A stretch of DNA of 64,000 nucleotides from Lama guanicoe (lineage: Eukaryota), in contig MU053881.1 in NCBI GenBank assembly GCA_013239625.1, positions 15,182,373-15,246,372 on the forward strand, in the 5' to 3' direction. Under the pieces are notes generated by a model, which ran no database searches, was not told the origin of the DNA, and worked only from the letters and a program-made list of their open reading frames with translations. Below are positions 1 through 13,200 of this stretch, in pieces. Numbering within the stretch: the stretch's first letter is position 1; every line of letters starts with the position of its first letter. The position numbers and the translations under genes are program-made.

Positions 1-1295
1 GGTCCTTGAGGGTCGGGGAATGGGAGCATCATCCCTCCCTGTGACCCAAGCTGCTGCATCCTTGGTCTCACAGACGAGGCTCAGATAGGCAGAGCTGCCT
101 GCATTCACATGTGACAGCTGGGCATGGGGCGTTGGGGTGGGTTCAGCCCTGAGCCACATTCTGTCCACCACTGATGAGGTGTGTTAGTGTCCTCACATCA
201 TCAAAGAGGAAATGTGCTCAGTGTGCTGAGGTGGTGCGGCAGCCTGGGAGCAAGGCCTGAATGAAGCCTGCTGCCCACCCCTGTCCCAGTGCTGCCCCTG
301 CTTGTTAACCACCCCCACCTTATGTGTCAGTCTAGCTGTGATGAACTCCTGTGTTCAAGCCCAGGGATTACTTTATGATGGGTCACCTCTGGTGACGGGG
401 TTCTGGAGGCCCTTCCTGTGCCCACTCGGCCTGGCAGCCAGAGTGTGACATTTTCCTATTTGTGTTTTTCAGCAACTGCTCACCCCGTGTGGTTCACTCA
501 CCCAGTGTGGGCAGGGGGCAGAGGGTCGGCCTGGAGTAAAGTGTCCTCTGGGTGTCCTGTCTGCACTGAGCCCTGCACCTTGTCCAGGACTAGTGATGTA
601 TGTCTGTCTGCCAGCCAGGTCATCTTTCTGTTCTCCCCTGGGGGCTGTGGCTTTGCCTAGCTAGGCTGGAGCAGCGCTGTCTGAAGTCAGGGTCACGAAA
701 ATCATGATACACACATCCTATGTCACAGTTTATTGGAGGCAAGTCCTGCCCATCTGTGAGCCCCTTAGGACCTGTGCCTGCCTTGTTCACAGACACCCAG
801 GTGGAGGCTGTGTCCAGCGTGGAGGAGGTGGAGAGGGCGTTGCTCAGCAGGAGTGTGGGTCAGGGTATCTCAGCCACTCAGCATGGCCTGCCTACTGCTG
901 ACACCTGTCTTCTCTCATCTCATCTGCACAGTTGTCCCAGACCAGATCTGCCCTGTCTGGTGGGGAAACTGAGTCACTGCCCAGATCGGGATGGGGTCCC
1001 TGCCTCTGGGTGTGTGCTGAGTGCTCTGTGCTTCTCAGACTGTGATGCCATCGCTGCTTAGAAACCAGACACAGGCCCACCACCCCCTCCCCCCGCGCTT
1101 GCATGGGAACCAAGGACCCTGAGCATTGCCGAGGGTGGGTGACATGGACAGGCTGCTAGTCTTGTCACTGTCAGGAAAACAAAAGTGCGTTTCAAAGGAA
1201 CATGCTGCAGGGATGGGCCAGGTCCTGTGCTGGCCCACCATTTGGTTCCCTCTGTGCTGTGGACCTACTGGTAACATCCCACACTCTCCACACAG

Positions 1296-4200
1296 CACAT
1301 CTCCATCCCCCAGCCTGACTGCCCCACGGAGGCACGGACATTCTCCTTCTACCTCTCCAACATCGGCCGTGACAGCCCCCAGGGCAGCTTCGACTGCATC
1401 CAGCAGTACGTCTCCAGGTGAGGCCTTGCCCTGGCTGCCCCAGGTCACCTGATGGACAGACCCGCCTTCCCCTTCTTCTGCCATGGTGTCCCCCTACCCT
1501 AGCCTGCTGTGCACATGTTCACCCACCATCTCCAGCCCCAGTGTCCCTCTTCCCCCCGTCAGAAGAGTTGCCTTGGCTCCTTTCAGTGTTTCCAGGGCAT
1601 AGGCACAGATCCTGGCATGCCACCTCCTGCCCAGGGACCCTGGTCCCCTTGTTCCTTTCGGGTCAAGATGTGCCGTGAAGAAACCCTGTTACTCAAGTCA
1701 GCACTAGGGACTATTTCCTGGCTGGGGATGGGGGTGGTGCAGGCCCTGAGACCATCTCTCCCTGTCATCCCAGGTGTTAATCTCGGCTTCTGGCCCCTTG
1801 TCTTGCAGCCATGGGGATGTCCACTTGGACTGCCTGGGCAGCATCCAGGACAAAATCACAGTGTGTGCCACTGACGACTCGTACCAGAAAGCACGGCAGA
1901 GCCTGGCACAGGCTGAGGAGGAGACACGGAGTCGAGGCGCCATCGTCATCAAGGCTGGAGGCCGTTACCTGGGTGAGGATCAGGGGCCAGGGGCTCCACC
2001 TGTGCGGGGTTTGTGCCTGCTGGGCAGCTGTTGGGGGAGCAAGAGATACTCAGGGCCCATCCCCACTAGGAGCTGGAGTGATGGGTTGACAGAGGTGTAG
2101 CTGCAGGCAGGATGAGCTGGGTCAGTGTTGCGACAGGAAGCAAGATCCTTCCTGGGTGGTGTCTGCTGCCTTCAGAACCCCAAGGTGGTCTGAGGGGCCC
2201 TAGAACTTCTGGGATTCCAGTTCCTAGGGCCCTTCTCCCAGGCCGCAGCCTCAGGGGCTTCTGTCTGTCATGGAGACTCAACCTACACAAAGGCAGGGCT
2301 TTGGTCTGTCCTTCGGCTGCCACCACTGCCCTCACCTGCCCAGATGTCTCCTTCCCAAGGCTGACGTGGCCTGGACAAGGTGTACATGGTGAGATGCAGT
2401 CCACAGTGGGCGGCCTGCTGCTGTGTTGGGGCCAGCAAAGGACCCTAGGGTCAGCACCAGGAAGGAAACGTGTTGATCCCTGCAAGGCTCTGGCAGCCCA
2501 GCATCAGCTTGGAAATAGCTTTGGCGAAGTTGAGACCCCGACATTCCAAGTAGGGAGAAAAGTACTGTTTATTTAGAAAATTTCATCATCCTGCTGCAGT
2601 CTTCCTACCTCCTGGACCCAGATGGAGTTAAAGAGTCATTGAAAGTCATTGCCAGGCAAGAAGGGCCTGAGGGAGGCGTGAAACGGCTTACAGCAAAGAC
2701 CCTTGATGGCTTTGGGGGTTTTTTCTTCTTTAAGAAAAGGCAAGAACATTTCATATTGCTTCAGAGAGCATGCAATTTCCCTTGCTTGGCAATGGGTTTG
2801 GCTCTGAGTTAAACCCCAGATGCTGGAGCAGGAGTCCGTCCTGCCTGTCAGCACTGGGCCCTGGTGGGCAAGACCATGAGTGCCCGGGGAGCCTGGGCTA
2901 TAAGCTGCCCAACAGGTGCCACCCAGGGTCTAAAAGGGCTTCAACTGCCTGCTCTTGCCTCAGGATGGAAATGTGGACATTTGTACACATTTTAATAAAT
3001 TTCTGGTTCTTTCAGCCAATAGCTTGGTCCAGAATTTTTTACTGTGCCACTTTGGGTACAATGAAGGTTTTTGCAGTGGTTTACGTTCCAGTGGAAACAC
3101 TCGTCCTGGCCTCTGGAGCCGCAGATGTCCCCACCCCGGCTGTGTCAGGCCTCTCCCTCACCCCACGTTGGCCATCACCTGGCTTCTCTGGGGACGAAGT
3201 CTGGCCCTGAGGATTCTAAAAGCACTTCTTCCTGTGTTAATTTAACAAACAGATTTGAGGGATAAGTGCAAAAGGAAGGTCATCTTGGAGAGCTTTCTGG
3301 CCCAAGGATTTAAGATGTGCGCTGACTTTTCTCAGCCATCCTCGTTCCTGTGCTGGCAAGGATGCCGTCCAGGGTGGAGTTAATGACTTACGAATGGATG
3401 TGCCCCTCCCTGGAAAGCCGTACTGGAGGCTCTGTGGAGGAGCGTCTCATACATCTTCGCTTTACCCTGCTGCCCCCTAGGCTCCAAGCAGAGCCACGTC
3501 TGCCCGGAGAGTGCTTGGCAGGGCCACAGCTGGGAGCTGCTGCCATCGTGGGGTCTCCAGGGCAGATGCCCAGGCGGCTCTGACACCTTTACTCACTCCT
3601 CCTCTTTCATAAAAGAGAACTGGGGATCCCATGGGACCAGTGTAGTGCTGTGAAGTGCAGGCTCTGAAGGGGTTTGTGTCTGGCGATTCTGCGGACTCCC
3701 TTTTTGACATCAGCCCCCTCTTCCTGTAGGGGGTCAGGTGTTTTGGGTCCCCAGGATTTAAGCTGCCCATGGTGAAGTCATTAAGGCTCTAAACACACTT
3801 CTGTTTCCTGTAGCTCCCACTTCTGAGACTGGGGCCCCTGCAAGTGCCCGTTGAGCTGTGTGTGGTTAGCAGGTGGCACTCTCAGCTGCACAAGGTCTCC
3901 ACTATGTGGGCCGGGCTGGATGAGGCTCAAATTGCCTTCCCCTTGGACTTGGTGAGAGCTTGAGGCTGTCAGCCATCCACCATCTGCAGGCGTCCATATG
4001 CTCGCTGGGGAACTTGTCGTCAGCCTCAGGCAGTGAGTGGGACATGGCGACCACCCCTTCACATCCTCCAGTCCCTAACGCCCTGGTTTTATTGCAGGCA
4101 AGAAGGTTCAATTTCGGAAACCAGCCCCAGGGGCAGTGGATGCTGTGCCCTCCCGGAAGCGGGCAACCCCTATCAACTTGGCAAGTGCCATCAAGAAGAC

Positions 4201-7200
4201 CGGTGTCAGCAGTGTTAGTGGAGGCAGTGGGGTATCTCAGAGGCCCTTTCGTGACCGGGTTCTGCACCTCCTGGCTCTGAGGCCCTATCGGAAGGCTGAG
4301 CTGCTACTGAGGCTGCAGAAGGACGGCCTGGTGCAGGCGGACAAGGACGCGCTGGACGGCCTCCTCCAGCAGGTGCGTGCTTGCCTGGGGTCGAGCCAGG
4401 CTGGGGTGGGAGCATGGCGTTCACTGTCTAGGGTCCTCCTCACCAACTGCTGACACACAGGCAGCAGGCAGAGCGTGGGGATCCAAGACTTCAGTGCACA
4501 AAGTTTTTAGAATCCAATAAAGCCTGGGGAACCTACAAGTGTAAGTTAGCAAGAGCTTGGGCTTCACAGTCAGGGGGCCTCCTTGTTGCTCACCAGTTGT
4601 GGCTTCGTGCCAGGGGCTTCGAGTCCAGACCCTCAGGCTTCTGTATGCAGCTGGAACGTGACTACAGCGCCTCTCTTGGGGTCAAGGGCTAAGTGGGCGG
4701 GAATGCCAACAGGTGGAGCCTGCTGTTAGCCAGGGCTTTGGAGTAAGAGCGGCAGCTTGAGGACCCCGGGGAAGGTGGGCCCCTGGGAAGGTGAGTGACT
4801 CACCCTGGCTTTACCACATCTCCTGGGCCATGTGGAAGCCGCTTGGCCTTGAAGTAGGGATGGGCTGCCTTAGAGCGCTGCTGTGAGGATCACATAGCTG
4901 GTAGCAGATGGTCCCGCCAGCATCCTGAGGAGACAGTATGGCCCAGGCCATGCCCTCCTGCTCCCCACCTGAGACACTCTGGGCACACAGATGGTGCCTC
5001 CTGTTGCAGAAAGTGCATGGCATGACCGTCATTAGCCATGTCTGAGGATGAACTTCCAACTTACCGGGTTCTTCAGCAGGCCTCTTGATGCTCCTCTTCC
5101 CCACCGCCAGTGCAGTCCAAGACTGGTGTGACCCCACAGCACGTCTGTTAGGATGTCAGTGTGGCTCTTGTTCCCCCATGCTCTGACTGGGGTCCTCAGG
5201 TTACCCGTTACCCACCCCTCTAGAGAGTTTGGGGCAAAGGGCAGGGGTGAAGAGGGAAAAGCCGCCTCTGTGAGTCTCCCGTGCAGGAAGGACAGAGCTG
5301 CGCTCTGAGCCTGATGCAGATCTGGACTGCCGCCCAGCCCCAGCCCTATCCACAGAGCAGGTGCCTTCCTCATCCCCCACCTACAGAGAATCCTCCTGTG
5401 TCCTGAGGGCTGAGCCTCACTTTGCTGTCGGAGGCTCCCTTGTCTACTCCCTGGGTGCCTTTGTGTGGATTTGGCCTCCTAAGCCACTGTCCCTCATGTG
5501 GAGGTCGTGCTGGCAAGGACTGAGCAGCAGTGTTTCTCCTTCAAGCTTAGGAGTTGGCCCAGGGCCTATTAGAAGATAGATACATGGCTCTGTAGCCCAG
5601 AAGTTTTCTTTGGCAAAGGGGCTTGCCAAAGCATCCAGAAAGCTCCAGAACCAGAAACTACATTCCCAGGGTGCTCGTTTCCTTGGAAAAGTCACATGTG
5701 CCATCCTTGTCCTTGGGCATTCAGGAGAAGCACATGGAAGGCCCTTTCCCTGGGCTGGGGGCCACCTAGAGCCTCCTCCTGCAGCACAGGATGACTGAGG
5801 CAGGGCTGCAAGGGGCCTGACAGAGTCATCGGACATGAGCTGGGACTGAAGACAAGGGTGGGAGCCATGCCTGCCCTTGGCTGTGTGTAACCTGCATTGC
5901 TATCCAGCCGGGCCCTAGCCCCTAGTGTAGGGTTTTTAGAAATGCCCTCGCTCCTGCCCTCCTCTCTTGTTCTTCATGTGCCTGGGATAAAGAAGCATAT
6001 GATACCCTCAGATGTGGAGTGTGAACCTTAGTTGACTGAGCACTTGGTTATACCTGAGATTTATCCACTGAGCAGCCCTCAGATGTGGCAGGGATGCTGG
6101 GCTTCGTTCTCTGGAGAGGGGAGTCTGGTGGTGCTGACTTGGTTCTGCCTGGGGCACTTGCCCCATTTTTAACTCCTGGGATATTCTCGTTGCTCCTGAC
6201 CCTTTCCTGGGACCAGAGAGGCACCGTGCTGGGCTCTGGCTTCTGTGGTCAACTTGGGTTTGGCAGCTTCTAGGGGGCAGCCCATCTGGTGTCTTGGGGC
6301 AGAGTCTCTGATTTCTCCTAAATGGCTCCATCTGCCTTGTGCTTCTGTGTTTACTCCCCAACTCGTTCTCCCCAACGATTGTGGGGGATGGCAGGGCCAG
6401 CCAGCTTGGGGGTGGGAAGGTACCGGGGTACCACAGGCTGCACCTCTCCCAGGATGCTCATTCCCAGCACCCTCAAGTGACTGGGGACTCTGATGGAGCT
6501 GCGCTGCTCAAAGGCCCCTTCTCTCTTCCTTCTGTGAAAATCCAAAGGAAAGATTTAAGGCGTTTCACCTTCATGGTGGGAGTGTTGACTGGTGGGTGGC
6601 TGTTCTGGAGAGTATTTTAGCAAAACGTATCAAGAGCCATAAAAATGTTCAGAGCCTTTGACCCGCTAATCCCGCTTCTGGGAAGCTGGCCGAAGAAAAC
6701 CATCACCAGCATGGAAAAACCTGCACAAGTGACATCTGTTTATGCTACAGTGAAACGGGAAAGGGCGTCAGCGTCCAGCAAAGGAGAAACTTTGAGTAAA
6801 TCATAGTGCAGCCATTTGGTGGAATATTACTCAACCATTAAAAAATGCTCCTTGTGGAAACCTCTGTGACGTGGAGTCCGTGTAGGCCCAGTAATAGTGA
6901 AAACCGCAGCTGCCATGCCAGCCGCACAGCTACACCCACAAGCTCTGGGGACTAGGGTGCCCAGAAAGACACTCAGGGAAGTGCCCATTTCGGGTCAGGA
7001 GCCTGAACTCCATCAAGCACCTTAAGGCAAATGTTTTAAATCCACCTCTGCAAAGGGTCTTGGAGGCAAGCTTTTGTTAACCAGCAGCAGGGCTTGCTGG
7101 TTGCAGGAAAGGTGAGCTCAGGCTGGCCCCTGGAAGCACGCTTCACCCAGCACTCCCAGCCTTGGCTGGCTCTGCTGTAGGAGCTGCAAATCCAAGAAGG

Positions 7201-10200
7201 GGTGGCGTTGTCCATTTGGGCTGCTGTAGACCTGGTAGCTTACACACCACAGACACTTACTGCTTACAGCTTTGGAGTCTGGAAAGTCCAAGATGAAGTT
7301 GCTGGCAGTTTGGGTGTCTGGTGAGAGCCTGCTTCCTGGTTCATAGACCTTCTCACTGTGTCCTCACAGGGTAGAAGGGGTGAGAGAACTCTCTGGAGCC
7401 TCTTCTATAAAGACACTAATCCCATCATGATGGCCCCACCCTCATGACCTGATCACCTCCCAAAGGCCCCACTTCCTAATACCGTCACGTTAGATTAAGG
7501 AGGTTAAGATTTAACGTGGATTTTGGGAGGACAAAAAGGCATCATTCCACTTTCATGGTAGGAGTGTTGATGTGTGGGTGTGTTAGTCCACAGCAGAGGG
7601 ATGGGTTGGCGATGAAGTCTTGGGAGTATAGGTGGCAGCCCCATTGTTTGGAGCCAGCCGGGCTTCCAGCAGGTGTAAGACATGTGCATCTGGACCTGCT
7701 GCACTTGGACCCGGCACGCACGGGAGCTGGGCAGGGGGTGCCCTATTTCCCATCACATCTGTCTGTCTCAGCACCCCGCCCCCCATCAGATGCTTTCAGG
7801 AACATCTCTTTTGGGCTTCACACAAGGTAATGCTGGCTCTGTCTTGCAGGTGGCTAATGTGAATGCCAAGGATGGCACGTGCACACTGAAGGACTGTGTG
7901 TACAAGGATGTGCAGAAGGACTGGCCTGGCTACTCAGAGGGGGACCAGCAGTTGCTGAAGCGGTTGCTCATCCGGTAATGCTGCCTCCCCATTTCTGGGC
8001 GGGTCCCCACCCTCTGGGCCTGGGGCACATCTTGTTCTGAGGATGCTGGGGTGGCCTCACCTGGTCCTTGGGGCCTGCAGGGGTCTGTAGAGACTCTTTG
8101 TGGAGCCCACCTGAGTGCCCCACCACAGCCTTCTGCTTGGAGGGCATGAGTCACCATCTTTTTATTGTTTGTTTAAAAGTTTAATGGAGGTACTGGGGAT
8201 TGAACCCAGGACCTTATGACCTCATGCATGCTAAGCGTGCACTCTACCACTGAGCTACACCTCTGACCCCCACGAGTCACCATCTTGAGCACCAAAATGC
8301 CCGGACAGAAGGCCTCAGTGGAGCAGACCATTCCTGCTGCCCCCTCCCTATCAAGCTGCTTTCTAAAACCTGTGCATCCTCAGAAGCTCTGCTGCAGGTG
8401 GTCCCCTTCTTAAAAAGAACCTCTCAAGAACGTGAAACAGGGAGAAACAAAGCAAAACAAAACTCCCTGTAGACATGATTAAGCAGCATTAATTAAACAC
8501 GTCCCCTCTCAGATTAATTGGGGCCCGAGGTCAGGAGTGGCCACGGTGGCTCTGGGGAGAAGTGGTTAAGTAGGCCCCCGGCTCAGGCGGGCAGTTAATG
8601 ATTTCCTTCTCAGTTGATTCCTGGCTTGGGAGCACGGGCTGTGAAGTGCCCGTTCAGAGCAGCTTGACATGCTAATTAGCCCTTAAGTGATTTCTCAGGG
8701 ACTTGGAGCTATTTGTGAAGTGGTGGTGGTGGTGTTTTAAGTTTAGCTGTTTGAAGCAGTAATTGCATCTGGAAAGCAGAGCCTAGTTGGGGCCACCCTA
8801 GGTGAATCCTGAGTTCCTCTTTGGCCCTGCAGGGTCCTCACCTGCTGTCTCAGGGTCACTGCTCTGGCTGTCTGGACGTCTCTGTATGCTCAGGAAGGCT
8901 GAGAGGAGATAGCCTTGGCAGGAGACGCTTCCCTCTCTCCCAAGTCCCCTCTCTGGGGGTCCTTTGTGGCCCCAGCAAAACACATTTCTGGTAGGCACGG
9001 CCACCTCCTACAGGTGTTTCCATCTGTCACATTTTTTTGGCAGAGGGTCTAGTATTACGTAGTAGACTAGGCCTACATGAGTGCTTTTGAGGTGCTGAGG
9101 GACATGTGGTGGGGCACTGTGAGGCTGCTCCCTGCTTTCCTTCTTTCAGAGCCTCCCACTAGGTGCCCCCTAGGGCCTTGGCCTCCCTGAGCTCCTGGGC
9201 AGGGGCATGGCCGAGAGCAAGCAGCCTGTGTGTGCGTGTGGCCTGTAGGAAACAGCACCTGGGCTGAGTCTTGCAGGGTGTCAGGTGGGAGGTCCCCGGG
9301 GATGCGTACTCTGGTGCTCAGTGCAGTTCCAGGCCCGTGTTTCCTCCCGCAGTTTTTGGTCTGGGCCATCTAAGCGCTCTTGTCTGTCTACGTGGGCTGG
9401 GGAGCGGCCTTGCCGGAAGCCACGCGGGACGCTGACAGCACCTGTTGCCCTGGGTAGCTTGAACTGACTGGTATGCAGAGGTCAAGGTCAACACCGAGGA
9501 TGCCCACAACCACCCGGTTTACCCTAAGCACCTGACTGTATGGCTTTTTTTCTTGTTTAGGTTACTCTCTCTCTGAAGAAAGCCCCATTGATCGCAGTTC
9601 TTGAAGCCATGGCCACGTGGCAGTAAGGAAAAACAGGACCTTGGGGTGTTTCTGTTGTTAGAGGCAGAGCATGAGGACCGGTGTCACCCCATGGGCTACA
9701 GTGTGTCCTTTTCCTCCATCTGAACTCATACCTGAGTTAAGCACACTCATGCTTCCAGGGTCTGCGTGAGCCCCCTTGGCTTTGCTCTGCACAAACCCAC
9801 CTGAGTGTCTCGGCTGTTTATTTGGATGCTTCCTCTGTGCTTCGAGTCTCCATGTCTGTAGCTGTTCCAGCCTGGTTGTCCCAGGCGGAGTCCATGGACG
9901 TCCCAGTGCAGGATGAGGCCTCACATCCCACCTAGCCCTGTAATCAGTGCCCCCGACTGGCCGAGTCCCGGCCTCAGCTTCCCTAGGGCATGGCCTCTAT
10001 AGTCCAAGCCTCAGTCCATCTCACACATGTCTTGCTTTCCTTGGAGTTGTAACCTGCTTGGCTGCATTATTACTTTCTCTACCGAGCATTCTCTGTCCTT
10101 CATGTCCAACCCCAAGCTCCCCCCGGTTGTCCCATGGCCTGTTGTCACTTTCAAGGGTCCAGGAGTCCTGCAGGTTCCGCCTGGAGCTGCCCCCCTCCCT

Positions 10201-13200
10201 CAAAGGTCCTTTTGTTCCTGGGTCTGTAATTCTGCCCTGGTGCTGAACAGACGACAGCTCTTTGGAGTGTCTTTTTGAGGAGAGGGCCTTGGGAGGTTCA
10301 GTTGCCAGATCTTCACACCTGGCAGTGACACTGAATTGGCAGTTGGCCAAGTCTGGACTTATAGATCGGAAGGAACTTTCCCTCCACTTTGAAGGCCTGG
10401 CCCTGGGGAAGTCCCTTGTTGGCTCTGTGCGGATCTGAGTGGTCACAGGACAGCCTGGCCGGTGCTCTTGGGTGGGCGCGGCAGCCCTTACAGTCTGAAA
10501 CTCACCTCATCTTCTTCCCGTCCTGGGTGTGGTCATGAAAAGGCCTCACTGTCCTCCCTCCCGCTTCCTCTGGTTCTGCCCTTGGGGGCTGTGCTCCTAC
10601 ACTGTTCACCATTGTCTTCCCCACTGTTGTTTCTTTTTTTTTTTCCTTCTACTTTTGGGAGATTTCTTCAGCTGCTCCCATCTATCTCTTCTTTTGCAAT
10701 TATTTCTAGTTCCCAGGGTGCAGCCACCACCTCTATCTGGTTCTAAAGTATTCACCCAGAAATGAAACCCCGCATTAGCCATCACTCCCCATCCCCCTCT
10801 CCTAGCCTCTGGCAATGACTAATCTGCTTCCTGTCTCGATGGATTTGCCCGTTTTGGACATTTCACATAAATAGGATCACACACTATGTGGCCTTCTGTT
10901 CTGGCTTTTTTCATTCGATACTATGCTTCCAAGTTTCATCCATGTTGTAGCACGTGTCAGAGCTTCATTCCTTCTCACGGCCGGGTAGTGTTCTGTTGTG
11001 TGTGGGTGTACCACATTTTGTTCATTCATTTATCTGTTAGTAGACAATTGGATTGTTTCCAATCTTTTTGTGATTATGAATAGTGCTGCCACGACCACTT
11101 GTGGACGAGGACACGCATATAACCGACACAGGTTTTCTCAGTTCCCTCAAATATATACTGAGGAGTGGAATTGCTAAGCCAAATGGTAATTCTGTGTTTA
11201 ACTTTTTGAGGAGCTGCCAAACTCTTTCCCTCAGTGGCTGCAGCATTTTACATTCCCACCAGCAGTGCACAAATGTTTCAGTGTCTCCACATCCTCGCCA
11301 ACACTTACTTTCCATTTTTTTTTTTAATTCTGACCATCCCAGCAGGTGTGAACTGGTAGCTTATTGTGGTTTTGATTTGTGTTTCCTTGGATGAATAATG
11401 ACATTGAGCATCTTTTCATGCGCTTATTGGCTATTCATTTATCTGTATTGAAGAAGTGGGTATTTAAGTTCTTTGTCTTTCTGAGACTATTAAGGCTGGT
11501 GTTTTTCTTGTGGATTTGAAGTTTTCATCCCCTTATAGAGTCTCTCTTTCCTTTCAAATGCATTTTCCTGTCTATTTTGGGGTCTGACACTTGTTGCCTG
11601 GAAACCCAGGTGCAGCCTTTTCATGACTTTGCTGTAGGCAGCTCAGCCTGCTCAGGAGGACCACTGAGGTGTCTGAATACCCCATGGGCCCCTCTGTTTC
11701 TTCTTCTCCTGAGGCCACATCTCTGTCCATCTCATTGTCTAGGTGTGGCCTGAGCAGCCTCCTGGCCATCTGGAGAAGGCCTGGGCTCCTTCACTTCTGA
11801 ACATACTGTGGGCTCCCTTCCCCGCTGCCCTACAGCAGAGCAGGGCTGGGCGGAGATGGCCTGGCAGGAACTCCTTCGCTGAGGGCCCTGAGGCTCCTAC
11901 CCCAGGCCCCTGGGCTCTGCCGCTTGGGACTTGGATTTCTTGGATCCTATAGGTCGGTCACCACTAGCACTTCTGCTTTCATTGTTAAATGTCATTGCTT
12001 CCCCTTTGTCTTTTATGCCTTTTTAGTGGGGGCTTGAAAGAGAGTGGCCTTAAACAGCTGTCCTTGGCCTTTTGTCTTTAACCGTAAGCTCTGGTTGTTT
12101 CCAGTGGCTGGATGGCAGACTTGCCCTGCCTGCCCTCGGCCTCATGGATCAGGCACTTTTCCTGTGGCTCTTCTTAAATTTCAGGCCACTGTGGAGGGGA
12201 CAGCAGTAGTAGTCTGGGGTGCGGCTGTTGATCCGGGAGGTGGGCTCTGCTTGTCACTGGTTAAAACAGCACAGACATAGCCCCAGACCTCATCTCAGCT
12301 TCCCTACAGGGCAAGGAGGGCCCTCGGCACCATGCACATCTACCTGGGCTCCTGGGAGAATCGCAGCCTGGGTGCTGGGAGTGCAAGAAGTGGATCGGAG
12401 AGGGCCCCCAAGCCAGGGTGACTGTCCGGGCCTCCGTTTGCCCATCAAGCATTGGGGGTGTCTCTTCCCTCGTCTCTGGCTACATTGTGCTCAGGTCCCT
12501 GTGGGGTGGTGGCCACCCCTGCCATCCTCAAAGAGGTGCCATGGCCTGGGCTCCCAGGAAGATGGGTGCTGAATCTGGGAGTTCCTCCTACTGCAGGCCA
12601 AGTCATCTAGTCTCTTATGCCTTCTCTGTTTCTGCAGTGAGCATTATTTGGATGAACAGTTGTTTTTAAGAGTCAGGACTTGCACCCCAGTGCCCCCAGT
12701 TCCCCTGGGGACACAGCACGGATCTTGAGTGTCTGCCCAATTTTACGTGGGTCCCTGGTCTCCATGGTAATGAGAGTCTAGACGAGTGGATGATCATCTG
12801 ACCCTTCTCTCGGCATAGGACACCCAGTGGGAGAGTACTGGCAGTGAGGCTGAGGCCTTGGCTGTAGAGTGGCTACAGTGCTCAGACTGCTCTCTGCCTG
12901 CCAGGCCCTGGTGTACCCGTCACACTCAGCCTTGCCCTGGTTCAGCAGGGAGCAGGCTCTCCCCGAATTGCTGGGCCTGAGTGGGACAGCATCGTGTCGA
13001 TGCAGAGACAGGTGGGCCTCAGTGTGCCCCACGGAGCCCCCCAACCTACCTTCCTTCTCCTTTGCAGGAAGCTGTGCCAGCCACAGAGCACAGGCAGCCT
13101 CCCTGGAGACCTTGCTGCCAGCAGCCCTCCAGGCGAGCATGGGAGCTCAGCCTCACCCCCTCAGGTAGGAGCGGCAGGTGTGGCTGTGACGGCACAGTGG

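Noticed and set aside
338..400. GTGATGA box C-like motif suggesting an intronic C/D snoRNA
   Set aside because: No CTGA box D at a suitable distance and no terminal stem.
8185..8262. tRNA-like sequences (also near 51760-51840 and 54047-54115)
   Set aside because: A/B boxes are present, but the A-rich tails, TSDs and degenerate stems mark them as SINEs, not tRNA genes.
11037..11394. ORFs 11037..11315(-) and 11083..11394(+)
   Set aside because: A decayed L1 ORF2 remnant and its antisense frame, not host genes.
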